Assembly: GCA_951406725.2 (NCBI GenBank)
Contig: OX597821.1
Location: forward strand, 49,290,001 to 49,354,000
Length of the DNA stretch: 64,000 nt
Direction: 5' to 3'
DNA from: Octopus vulgaris
Taxonomy: Eukaryota
The number at the start of each line of letters is the position of its first letter. Within the stretch, counting starts at the first letter, position 1. The translations under genes and the position numbers were made by a program. The notes under the pieces are model-generated. The model saw only the letters and a list, made by a program, of their open reading frames with translations, had not been told where the DNA came from and ran no database searches. Below, piece after piece: positions 1 through 10,873 of this stretch.

Positions 1-29
1 ATATATATATATATATATATATATATATA

Positions 30-808
30 CTAGCAGTATAACCCTGCATTGCTCAGGTTTGTTTTTTAGTTGCACTTAAAACAGCAGACTTTGATGTCAC
101 ATTAACAAAGTTTTGACATAGTTTCAATCTATCTATAAAAGTATAGTGTGGCGATGCTTGAGTTTGCTCTGAATGTGCTGAAAATGTGTAATGCCGACTT
201 CAGTTGTTGGTATTGTTGGTTAATATCCTTCTATTAACATTATGGAGAAAAAATTACTCGTAGAATTAAAGCAAAATGAAGCTCAAGTTTCGAACTTCAC
301 TGAAAATCTATTAAGAAGTTAACACTGCAACAGTATTCATTAAGAAAATGTACAGGAAAATCCAAAACATTTGTAAGAACAGTTTGTGGTTACAAAAAAA
401 CAAAAAATGTTATTTTGAAGCCAAACGGGTGGGCAACATGAGTGTTGGTTGTACATGTAAAATGAATAAAATCGACAATTTTACATCACGTATAACTAAA
501 AAAAATCTGTAAAATCAAAACATACCCATTGAAGGTTTGACTTGAACATCGTAGATAGTAACAGCATGCAGGTCGCACTTTTTCTGGTTGAAATACACCG
601 AAAAATGGCGACACAGCAGTCAAAAAATCGTAAAAAGATAGGGATTTTCATGGTAAAAAACCACCATTTTGATGTAAATAATTTTTGGTCTTAACATGGT
701 CCAATTTGAACTTTTTCTTCTACAGAATGAAGAGCAAGCCTTCTTCTATCATACTCTCAATTTGGGTCAACACACACAGAGACAACTTCAGCTTTATATA
801 TATATGTA

Positions 809-875
<67 letters not shown>

Positions 876-1029
876 GTATGTATGTATATATATTTATATG
901 TATGTATGTATATATATGTATGTATGTATCTATATATATGTATGTATATTTATATGTGTGTGTGTGTATGCATATATGCGTATATATGTTCATACATATG
1001 TATGTATATATTTATATGTGTATAGTAGA
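30..1029 (-). mobile_element. Non-autonomous Helitron-like element with expanded internal TA/TG microsatellite
   Basis: CTAG 3' terminus at 30-33 with adjacent degenerate GC hairpin (ccctgcattgctcagg); 5'-type motif tatataaagctgaagttgtc near 780-800; 5' boundary uncertain. Confidence 0.6.
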
Positions 1030-1074
1030 ATATAATGTAACAGGTGACTAGTAGAAAAAAACCATAGAGAGTTA

Positions 1075-1438
1075 TCTCTCTATATATAAACAGCAAAATG
1101 TCTGTGTGCGTGTGCTTTATACAAATCCACAATTTTTCAGTTAGAGGGCTCGCACTTTCTATGGTCATTCAAAACCGTCCAAGGGTGGTCGTGCACATCT
1201 TTACATTTCCCCAGTCACCCCGCAAAGCCATTAAAAAATCAATAGAAGTGACTTTTTTGTGAATTTTCGATCCCAAACCCAATCAAAATGCCCAAAACTT
1301 AATATGCCAATTGAATGCCAGCTAGCTGTATGTGATTGGTCGGAGATTTGGACAGTACTCACGTGTATGTGCGCACGCATGCAGCTGGATATGCATGCAC
1401 TAGCACTATTACCTGGCAACGCCGGGTCATAGTGCTAG
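1075..1438 (+). mobile_element. Non-autonomous Helitron
   Basis: A|TCTCTCTATATATAAA 5' end, subterminal hairpin cctggcaacgccggg, CTAG|T 3' end, no TSD. Confidence 0.8.
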
Positions 1439-1916
1439 TACATATTAGTATAGAAAAATGAAAAAAAAAAATTTTACAGAAGGTATATTATATATATGTA
1501 TGTATATATATATGTATATATATGTATATATATATATATATATATATTATAAAATGAGATAGGGGTTGAAAATTCAACCCACCATGGGATAATATATATC
1601 CAATATACTGCTAGATAGGTACCCAACAAAATTAATACATAGATGTTAAAAATTGTCAAACAATCAGTTCATCTATTGTATTATATGGGTAAAGGTAATA
1701 ATATTACCGTAAATTAATACTACAAAATTAGAGAATGGAGAAACATACTTAAATCGGTAAAACATCAACTATCTGATGATACTCAATCCATACTTTAATA
1801 CACCATTACATATGAGTAAAGGCAATATATAAAATGAAATGAGATATACAGTAATAGTAAAAAGATAAAGAGATATAAGTAAAAAATTTCAAATATAATA
1901 TGCAAATAAATCAAAA

Positions 1917-2024
1917 CTGACAGCTGTTTCGGCAGTGAGGGCAGTCATACCTCATTTAACCTATAAGCCATAAAGGCAGGTATAAATGAGGCATTAACAA
2001 GGATGCCCCACGGCCTCTTCAGAG
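1917..2024 (-). ncRNA. Mirror copy of the hammerhead motif at 2546-2653
   Basis: Reverse complement within the left arm of the inverted repeat. Confidence 0.7.
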
Positions 2025-2134
2025 AATTAAATTAAATTTGTTATAATAGTGAAAAATATATAATCATATACATATAAATATAAAAATATAAAAATGTAAA
2101 ATATAAAAACTTATACATCATAATGCTACACTTA

Positions 2135-2183
<49 letters not shown>

Positions 2184-2275
2184 ATTAATAGTAATTTTTA
2201 TTAACTTTTATAGCTTTAGAATTTTATGAACTGTACCATGGTTTTAATTATTATTTTTCATCTCCATATGTGTTA

Positions 2276-2310
<35 letters not shown>

Positions 2311-2545
2311 AACTATTAGCCAAATATGTATAATATCGGTACTTATTAATATTAATATATACACTGTTATATATTTTGTTTTATTTTGTTCTGTTTACCT
2401 TCCTTTTTTGTACAAATGTGTATTATATTATATAAGTGTAGCATTATGATGTATAAGTTTTTATATTTTACATTTTTATATTTTTATATTTATATGTATA
2501 TGATTATATAATATTTTTCACTATTATAACAAATTTAATTTAATT

Positions 2546-2653
2546 CTCTGAAGAGGCCGTGGGGCATCCTTGTTAATGCCTCATTTATACCTGCCTTTAT
2601 GGCTTATAGGTTAAATGAGGTATGACTGCCCTCACTGCCGAAACAGCTGTCAG
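2546..2653 (+). ncRNA. Minimal type I hammerhead ribozyme motif with long stem II
   Basis: CTGAAGA (2548-2554), stem II GGC..GTGGGGCA/TGCCCTCACTGCC, GAAAC-AGCT-GTC with palindromic stem III; stem I only about 2 bp. Confidence 0.7.
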
Positions 2654-2849
2654 TTTTGATTTATTTGCATATTATATTTGAAATTTTTTACTTATATCTC
2701 TTTATCTTTTTACTATTACTGTATATCTCATTTCATTTTATATATTGCCTTTACTCATATGTAATGGTGTATTAAAGTATGGATTGAGTACCATCAGATA
2801 GTTGATGTTTTACTGATTTAAGTATGTTTCTCCATTCTCTAATTTTGTA

Positions 2850-2853
<4 letters not shown>

Positions 2854-2894
<41 letters not shown>

Positions 2895-3106
2895 CGTATA
2901 TGTATATATATGTATGTATTCTTATTATTCTTATCTAGTTTCAGCTCAAGAGCTGTGGCTATGTATATGTATATATATATATATGTATATACATGTATAT
3001 ATATATATGTATATATATTGTTTGTATATATATATGTATGTATATATGTATATATATATGTTTATATATATGTGTATATATATATATATGTATATAAATA
3101 TAGGTA

Positions 3107-3147
<41 letters not shown>

Positions 3148-3413
3148 GTATATATATATGTATATATATATATTATATATATATGTTAGCCTTCTGTAAT
3201 ATATATATATGTATATGTATATGTATATATATATGTATATGTATATGTATATATTATATATATATATATGTTAGCCTTCTGTAATATATATATATATATA
3301 TGTATATGTATATATATATATATTATATATATATGTTAGCCTTCTGTAATATATATATATATATATATATGTATATGTATATATATATGTTATATATATA
3401 TGTTAGCCTTCTG

Positions 3414-3451
<38 letters not shown>

Positions 3452-3530
3452 GTATATATTATATATATATGTTAGCCTTCTGTAATATATATATATATTA
3501 TATATATATATTTTACAGAAGGCTAAAAAG
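2854..3530. repeat. Compound TA/TATG microsatellite with five copies of GTTAGCCTTCTGTAA and one inverted copy
   Basis: Motif starts at 3185, 3270, 3335, 3402, 3471; inverted TTACAGAAGGCTAA at 3513. Confidence 0.9.
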
Positions 3531-4228
3531 TGATAGGCAAGACTACGTTTGAAAAAAGTTACAATGTTAAAGTAAAAATGCGCATACATGCAGAGAAAAA
3601 ATCCAAAGAGAACTTAACAAGGAAAAAACATCAGTCATACTGCCCCACTTCTTGAGCAAGTGTCTTCTGCTCTGACTCTGGACCATTGGTTGCCCTGTGA
3701 ATCTGATTTGGTAGACAAATTGAAAGAAGCTCATTGTGTGTGAGTGAGTGCGCGCGTGTGTGTGTGTGTGTCTGTCTGTCTGTCTTCATTATATGTATGT
3801 GTTGACATGTACACATGCACAATGAACTTCTTTCAATTTCTCTCTACTAAATCTGCTTACAATGCATTAGCTAGCCCAAAGATAGAGTAGAAGATGCTCA
3901 AAAAGTGGTGCAATGGGACTGAACCTGAAGCCATGTAGTTGGGAAGTAAATTTCTTAACCACACAGCCATGCTTTTACTTGTAGTCACACAGACATATGA
4001 ATGTTCATACACACTCATGTATATGCATTCATATAAGTACACATACACTGACAGTACAGAGGTGTCAGCATTCAGTAAAAATCTGCCATGACCGTTGGTA
4101 TAGTTTCAATTCATGCAAATATTTTTATATTATTTTATTTTCTTTTCTTTTTTTTTTTTTGTTTGTCTCTTTGATAATTGAATTTGATAGTCTTTCATTT
4201 ATTATCTCCCTGTCTCTCTTTCCTCCAG

Positions 4229-4298
4229 ATAAAAGCCACTGACGCCATGACAGTTTCCAACTCACCTCTCCTCACAGCAACAAAATTAAAGTTGATCT
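4229..4298 (+). CDS. TRAF7: TRAF7-like gene, candidate N-terminal exon A1 (70 nt, phase 0 to 1): IKATDAMTVSNSPLLTATKLKLI
   Basis: Strong polypyrimidine tract and acceptor (ctgtctctctttcctccAG), donor GTAAGT, only one open frame; phase joins exon 26465; same length and AxKLK motif as exon 37157; contains GCCATGA, a possible start. Confidence 0.55.
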
Positions 4299-5595
4299 GT
4301 AAGTTTTAGCACCATTTACTATTTGTTGTTTCAGTAGGACAGCCTGTCTACTTAATGTCCTCTTTAATAAGCACTATTGCTCTTTCTGCCATCTTTTATT
4401 TCTGTAATCTCTTTTGAGAAAGAATTCATTTTAATTCTTTTGATACCAATCTGCCTTTGACCACCCTCAGTTCTATGATTAAAACTTCCATTCTAATATA
4501 TTTCAAGCATTTTTATAATTTTCAAAATCAATTGAAAAAAAATTAATGTTGAAATCAACTGGATATGGTAACAAAAGTGTTAACATTGCAGACCGAAACA
4601 ATTTATCAGTTTCTGAGCTTGAAAGGGATTTGTATTCAACATTTGGCTGATAGTTAAGGCATTCTTGTTGTGACCATTATATCTTTTTGTTTCAGAGACA
4701 GTTTACATTTAAAATTACATTATCATTTTTACCCACCCTTTAAAACTCATTTATTGGTGATTTGACTGCTATTTTTAACAGGTGAAGCTACTACACAAGC
4801 TTCCCCTTTGGCTTGTCAGATGTTTCTGCATTATTACAAACTGTGCCCAGGTGGGATCCAGTGTGATATCCTAATACCTACAGATACTCCAATATCCCAG
4901 ATACTCTAAATCTTGTATATCCAGGGTGCAATGACTTAAGGTTATCCCCCCCCGCCAGCTCTTTTAAAACATATCTAATGTGGTAAGTTTTAAAAAAATC
5001 CAACAACAAATTAACGAAGGAGCTGTTGAGTAGTTGGTGTTAGGAAGGGCATACAGCCATAGAAACCCTGCCAAAACAGACACAGAAGTTTGGTGTAGGC
5101 TCCTGCCTGGCCAGCTCCTGTCAAACTGTCCAACCCATGCCAGCAGGGAAGGCAGACGTTAAATAATGATGATGATGATGACTTGCTGACGTGCTACAAC
5201 TAGCAACCAAATCTGGATATTATCATCTTAGAAGAGGAAGGATACATTGGATAATGTAGTGCTAGATACATTTTGACTGAAAAAGAAAAACTCGATTTCA
5301 CAGCTGGAACATCATTGATTTAAATCAGTTATCAGGGTTACTTATTAAATTTTTCACAAAAATTAGTCTGATTTTTTTTTTTTAACATCAACAATCCAAT
5401 CAAATGAAACAGCCAGATTCAGTTCACTTTATTATATTTTTTGTTTCTCTAGCATTTTATCGTCAAACTGAGGTTGAACACAAAAGTAGTTATTTAGCCC
5501 TAGGCTGCTTCTCTAGCAAACTTATGACAAGGTATTCTAGCAGTGATTATTCCAGTTTTTACTCAGCTATAGCATATTTAAGAGCACATTATCCA

Positions 5596-7566
5596 ATGTC
5601 CTGCCCTTTCCATGCTAGCATGGGTTGGACGATTTGACTGAAGACTGGCAAACAAGATGGCTGCACCAGGCTCCAATCTGATCTGGCAGAGTTTCTACAG
5701 CTGGATGCTCTTCCTAATGCCAACCACTCTGAGAGTGTAGTGGGTGCTATTATGTGCCACCGTCACGAGAGCCAGTCAGGTGGTACCGGCAACGGCCACG
5801 CTCAAATGGTGTTTTTTACGTGCCACCTGCACTGGCAACGACCTCACTCGAATGTCTTTTCACGTGCCACCTGCACAAGTGCCAGTAAGGCAACGCTGGT
5901 AACAATCACACACGAATGGTGCTTTTTACGTGCCACTGGCACGGATGCCAGTTAGCTGCTCTGGCAACGACCATGCTTGGATGGTGCTCTTAGCACTCCA
6001 CTAGCACGGATTCCCATCATCAAATTTGATTTTGATTTCACTTACCTCAACAGGTCTTCGCAAGCAGAGTTTAGTGTCCAATGAAGGAAAGGTACGCATA
6101 AGTGAGCTGATTACACCCCTGACATAGGCCACGAGGTTATGGTCTCATTTGGCTTGCCAGGACTTCTCAAGCACAGCATATTTCCAAAGGTCTCGATCAC
6201 TAGTCATTGCCTCGGTGAGGCCTAATGTTCAAAGGTTGTGCTTCACCACTTCATCCCAGGTTCCCTCAACCGCTAGGGTGTGGCACTTTTTCACACAGCT
6301 ATCCTCATCCATTCTCGCCACATGACCATACCAGCACAGTCGTCTGAAGCTTCTTAGGTCCAACTTTTCTCTCAAGGTACTTACACTCTGTCGAGTATGC
6401 ACACTGACATTACACATCCATCAGAGCATACTGGCTTCATTCCTTGCAAGCTTACACATGTCCTCTGCAGTCATTGCCCATGTTTCACTGCCATGTAGCA
6501 TAGCTGTTTGTACACATGCGTCATACAGTCTACCTTTTACTCTGAGTGAGAGGCCCTTTGTCACCAGCAGAGGTAAGATCTCTCTGAACTTTGCCCAGGC
6601 TATTTTTATTCTAGCAGCTACACTTTCAGTGCACCCTCCCCTGCTACTGACTTAGTCACTTAGGTAATGGAAGCTATCAACTACTTCTAGTTTTTCTCCC
6701 TGGAATGTAGCGGAAGTTGTTCTCTGCACATTTTCAGTGTTTATTGCCCCTGAGCATCTGCCACATACAAAAAACTATCTTCCCAGTTAGCCTTCCTTTG
6801 ATAATGCTGCACCTCTTATGTGTTCATAGCTTACACTGGGTACATCTTATAGAGTTTCTACCCACGCCTTTTCTACAGATCGAGCAGGACCATCTACTTG
6901 AAGGGATTTGTGGTTTGCCTGCCTTCCTACTTATTAGGACTTTGGTTTTAGCTAGGTTGACTTTAAGGCCCTTCGATTCTAAACCTTGTTTCCACACCTG
7001 AAATTTCTCCTCTAGTTCTGATAGTGACTCAGCAATTAGAGCAAGGTCGTCAGCATAGAGGAGCTCCCAGGAGCATCCTGTCTTGAATTCCTCCATTATT
7101 GCCTGGAGGACTATGATAAATAGGAGGGGGCTGAGGACTGAACCTTGGTGGACCCCTACCTCTACCTGGAATTCCTCACTGTACTTGTTGCCAACCCTCG
7201 CCTTACTGACAGTGTCCCTGTACATAGCTTGCACGGCTCTCACAAACCATTCATCTATCCTTAGTTTCCTCATTGACCACCAGATAAGGGGTCAGGGGAC
7301 CCTGTCAAAGGCTTTCTCCATGTCAAAGAAAGCCATGTACAGGGGCTTATCTTTGGCTAGGTATTTCTCCTGCAGCTGTCTTACCAGAAATATAGCATCA
7401 GTGTTACTTTTCCCTGGCACAAACCCAAACTGCATCTCATCCAAACTGACTCTCCCTAATTAGTTGGGCTATGATCCTCTCCATAACCTTCATTACCTGA
7501 TCCAACAACTTGATACCTCTGCAATTATTTGTATCTAAAGCGTCACCCTTACCTTTGTAGCAGTTG
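5596..7566 (-). mobile_element. 5'-truncated RTE-clade LINE (decayed RT and 3' UTR)
   Basis: ORF 6824-7273 with GVHQGSVLSPLLF and LLYADDLAL RT motifs, RRLxWYGHVARM at 6229-6417, DMEKAFD upstream; 3' UTR shared with many short repeats in the window. Confidence 0.93.
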
Positions 7567-7837
7567 ATGATGATGATGATGATATAATATATATATATAT
7601 ATATATAATATTAGGGAGTATAACTCAAAACTTAGGGGGAAAAATTCAATTTAGTATTAAATCAAATTTCACAATATAAATATATAATATATATAAATTA
7701 GAGAAAAACCACTATTATGAAATTCAAACAATAATAGACATAAACCAAATCATAAAGAAAAAATAAAATATATTATAAAACATATAACTAGATTCCCAAA
7801 AGTACAAAATGAATAAACAATATATAATAAGTAAAAA

Positions 7838-7922
7838 GACTACGTACGTTTCATGGTGATAATTTAAATTTAAATTTAATCGAAAAACAATTCAATTTAA
7901 AAGTATAGTCACTCCTCAGGTC
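7838..7922 (-). ncRNA. Minimal type I hammerhead ribozyme motif in the Penelope-like 3' region
   Basis: Minus strand: GAC-CTGAGGA-GTGACTATAC...ATCACCAT-GAAAC-GTAC-GTA-GTC; stem I GAC/GTC, palindromic stem III ACGTACGT. Confidence 0.7.
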
Positions 7923-8940
7923 AACAATAATAACAATAATAGTTAAATAAATAATTAAATAGAATTAAACAATATTTCTTAAAGAAATGAAATTATGATT
8001 GTTCTTATAGAAGAAACTCCATTAACTAAATTTGAAACTTAAACAGTAGGACCAGGTGCCTATAATACATTTATCATGTTAAAAACCTAAGGAAAAAAAA
8101 TAGAGGAAATAGATAGAAAAATGTATATATCTGTGAAGATATAATTTAGCTTTAAGAATAACATTAGCAGACTATAGAATATCTTTTCACTAGCTATACT
8201 CTAATATTTTACGTTACAAACTATTTTACAAAACAAACACACTTAATACTTTTAGATTTTAGTTCACATATAATAATTATAAAATAATAAAATTAAAATA
8301 AAAGTACATATCTAAATTATAATTAACAAATATAGCGATTAGAAATTCATATTTTTTCAACCAATAAACTTTTAAATAAATTACTCCGTTATTTCTTAAA
8401 TAAATATACTTATCATTCCAAAAATATATCTCTTATTATAAAAGGCAGATTTTATCTGCCTCCCTTTGGGAGTTATACAAATCTACAATATAGGATTTCT
8501 TCAATTACAATTTACCTTGCATTTTTAAGAGTACAATGCATTGCGTCATGCCAGGTCCAGTTTTTAAAATTTAAACTCCAGTTAAGCAAAATTTACAGTA
8601 AACTCACATTCTGGTGTGTGTGTCAAATGCTTTTCTTAGTCTGGTTTACAGCACACGCAAACGCACACACACAGTGGGCAACAAATAAAATGAAAGTAAT
8701 TGACTTACTGTAGTGAGTGATTCTTTCACTCTGCCTCCCACTTCCTCTTTCCACACAGACACGCAAATATATAAATAAAATTGTAAGCTAACGTGCGTGT
8801 GTGTGAGTGGGTGGGTGTGGGTTTGCGCGTGTGTGTGTGTGTGAGGGTGCGTGTGTGTGTGTGTGTGTGTGCGTGTGCGTGAGTGTGTGACAGGAAAGTT
8901 TTTTTACGACAAATATAACACCTATATCCAAGTAGCAGAA

Positions 8941-9526
8941 AGATAAGACAGTAAGGTGTGATTTGAGGGAGATTTGGCTGCTATTTCTACCATGTCTAGC
9001 TGCCATGTAGGGGTCTCCCTCATAGGCTCATACATACATATATACATAGATAAGACAGTAAGGTGTGATTTGGGGAAATTTGGCTGCTATTTCTACCAGG
9101 TCTAGCTGCCATGTAGGGGTCTCCCTCATAGGCTCATACATACATATATACATAGATAAGACAGTAAGGTGTGATTTGGGGAAATTTGGCTGCTATTTCT
9201 ACCAGGTCTAGCTGCCATGTAGGGGTCTCCCTCATAGGCTCATACATACATATATACATAGATAAGACAGTAAGGTGTGATTTGGGGGAAATTTGGCTGC
9301 TATTTCTACCAGGTCTAGCTGCCATGTAGGGGTCTCCCTCATAGGCTCATACATACATATATACATAGATAAGACAGTAAGGTGTGATTTGGGGGAAATT
9401 TGGCTGCTATTTCTACCAGGTCTAGCTACCATGTAGAGGTCCCCCTCATTGGCTCATATATATATACATACATAAGACAGTAAGGTGTGATTTGAGGGAG
9501 ATTTGGCTGCTGTTTCTACCAGGTCT
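8941..9526 (+). repeat. Tandem array, about 5.5 copies of a 103-107 bp unit
   Basis: Units start at 8941, 9048, 9154, 9260, 9367, 9470 (AGATAAGACAGTAAGGTGTGATTTG...). Confidence 0.95.
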
Positions 9527-9891
9527 GTTAGGCCTTCTCATGTAAACTCAAGCTTTCTCATGCCTTCAACATATGACCAAAGCAGAGAATGTATTCTTTT
9601 ATTCTTCTGCTTTTTCCAGCCATTGGTCTGTGGCCATGCTGGGGCAATGCCTTGAAGAATTGTAGTTTAATGAATCAACTCCAGTTTTATTTTTGTAAGC
9701 ATTGTACTTATTCTATCTGTTTCCTTTGTCAAACCACTAGGTGACAGGGATGTAAACAAACCAACATTCGTTGTCAAGCAGTGGTGGAGGACAATCACAA
9801 GCACAGACACGCACACACACACACATACATGCATACACATATACACACATACATACATACATACATATATATATATGTGTGTATATATATA

Positions 9892-10215
9892 TTGCAGCGT
9901 GGAAGGTGTTTGTAAGCCATTTAAGAAACACACAAAAACCGTTACATTCACTTCAACATTTAAATTTAATTTGCCAAAATATTTTCGTCGCTTTCAGACC
10001 GCGACCTGTTCACTGACAAAAATATCTTGCTAACAGGTCGCGGTCTCAAAGCGACGAAAATATTTTCACAAATTAAATTTAAATGTTGAAGTGAATCTAA
10101 CGGTTTTTGTGTGTTTCTTAAATGGCTTATAAACACCTTCAACGCTGCAACTGTTTTCGTTCCAGCACACGATCTCAGATCAAGTCACTTGCTATGCAAG
10201 TACATCTCTGTAACT
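9892..10215. mobile_element. Short Penelope-like non-autonomous element in inverted arrangement (arms 9892-10010 and 10032-10150) flanked by (TA)n
   Basis: Arms are near-perfect reverse complements; same family as 33211-33420. Confidence 0.75.
9970..10020 (-). ncRNA. Variant hammerhead-like motif with G3:C8 core
   Basis: TTTGTCA-GTGAACA-G-GTCGC(GGTCTGAAA)GCGAC-GAAA-ATATTT-TGGCAAA. Confidence 0.55.
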
Positions 10216-10226
10216 ATATATATATT

Positions 10227-10257
<31 letters not shown>

Positions 10258-10757
10258 TGGTAAAAACAGTAAGATAACAAAAGAAAGAAAGAGACCTCAA
10301 TATTATGTAAATAGAGGAAATCTTTATATATAAAAGTGAGGTTGTGTGTCTGTCTCCTACGATTTAGATTCCTAACTACTCCCACATTTTGCGGTGCAGT
10401 TTAACCAAAACTGGGTATCTTATAGTCGTGATTCATATCGAGACCATCTGGGTATTAGCATGAGTCTACGATTTAAAAAAAATTTACCATCAATTTTTCC
10501 CATTTTTAATCCATTTTTGACATATATAAGGGAAGTAACTCTCTAAAATTTATTATTAAATCTCAGAACGTAAAAAGCTACAGTAACACCCCTCCCCCTT
10601 TGTGGTTAGCCATATTGAGATGGCTATTATACTTTACATCTCTAAAAATGCTTATATAATTATTTCCCTTACAAACCCGAGCAACGCCGAGCGATACTGC
10701 TAGTATGAAATAAAAAATAAAAAATTACAAAACTAAAAACGTATTACTTATCGTTTG

Positions 10758-10873
10758 TGTTATGTCGCACGTTCGGATGACCTCTACTCAACTCCTCTCG
10801 ACGTCTAGACTTCTCCCTCTATATCTACATATTGGGCTAATCTACTTCATCGTCTGGGGGTGTCCACACAACA
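10758..10873 (-). repeat. 3' LTR (116 bp); polypurine tract AAAAGGGGGAGG adjacent at 10874-10885
   Basis: TGTTATG...CACAACA; 8 differences from the copy at 14932-15047. Confidence 0.95.

Larger units (their letters stand above)
1545..2853. mobile_element. Penelope-like non-coding remnant with inverted pseudo-LTRs (arms 1717-2137 and 2430-2853), flanked by (TA)n
   Basis: Arms are reverse complements differing by about 2 substitutions and one 3-nt indel; each carries a hammerhead motif. Confidence 0.75.
8429..10703 (+). mobile_element. Composite Helitron (outer 5' end at 8429, inner complete element 10321-10703 providing the 3' end)
   Basis: A|TCTCTTATTATAAAAG at 8429, second A|TCTTTATATATAAAAG at 10321, hairpin cccgagcaacgccgag then CTAG|T at 10700-10703; removing it restores ccaaaaatata|tatgaaat, similar to the paralogous host segment at about 15344-15362. 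Confidence 0.7.

Noticed and set aside
685-3589. Y/I/C/M/V-rich ORFs here and at 31701, 36924, 47768 and similar sites
   Set aside because: Translations of TA, TG, CA and TC microsatellites; no coding signal.
8941-9526. CRISPR-like array
   Set aside because: Whole units are repeated with no unique spacers, no cas genes, eukaryotic context.
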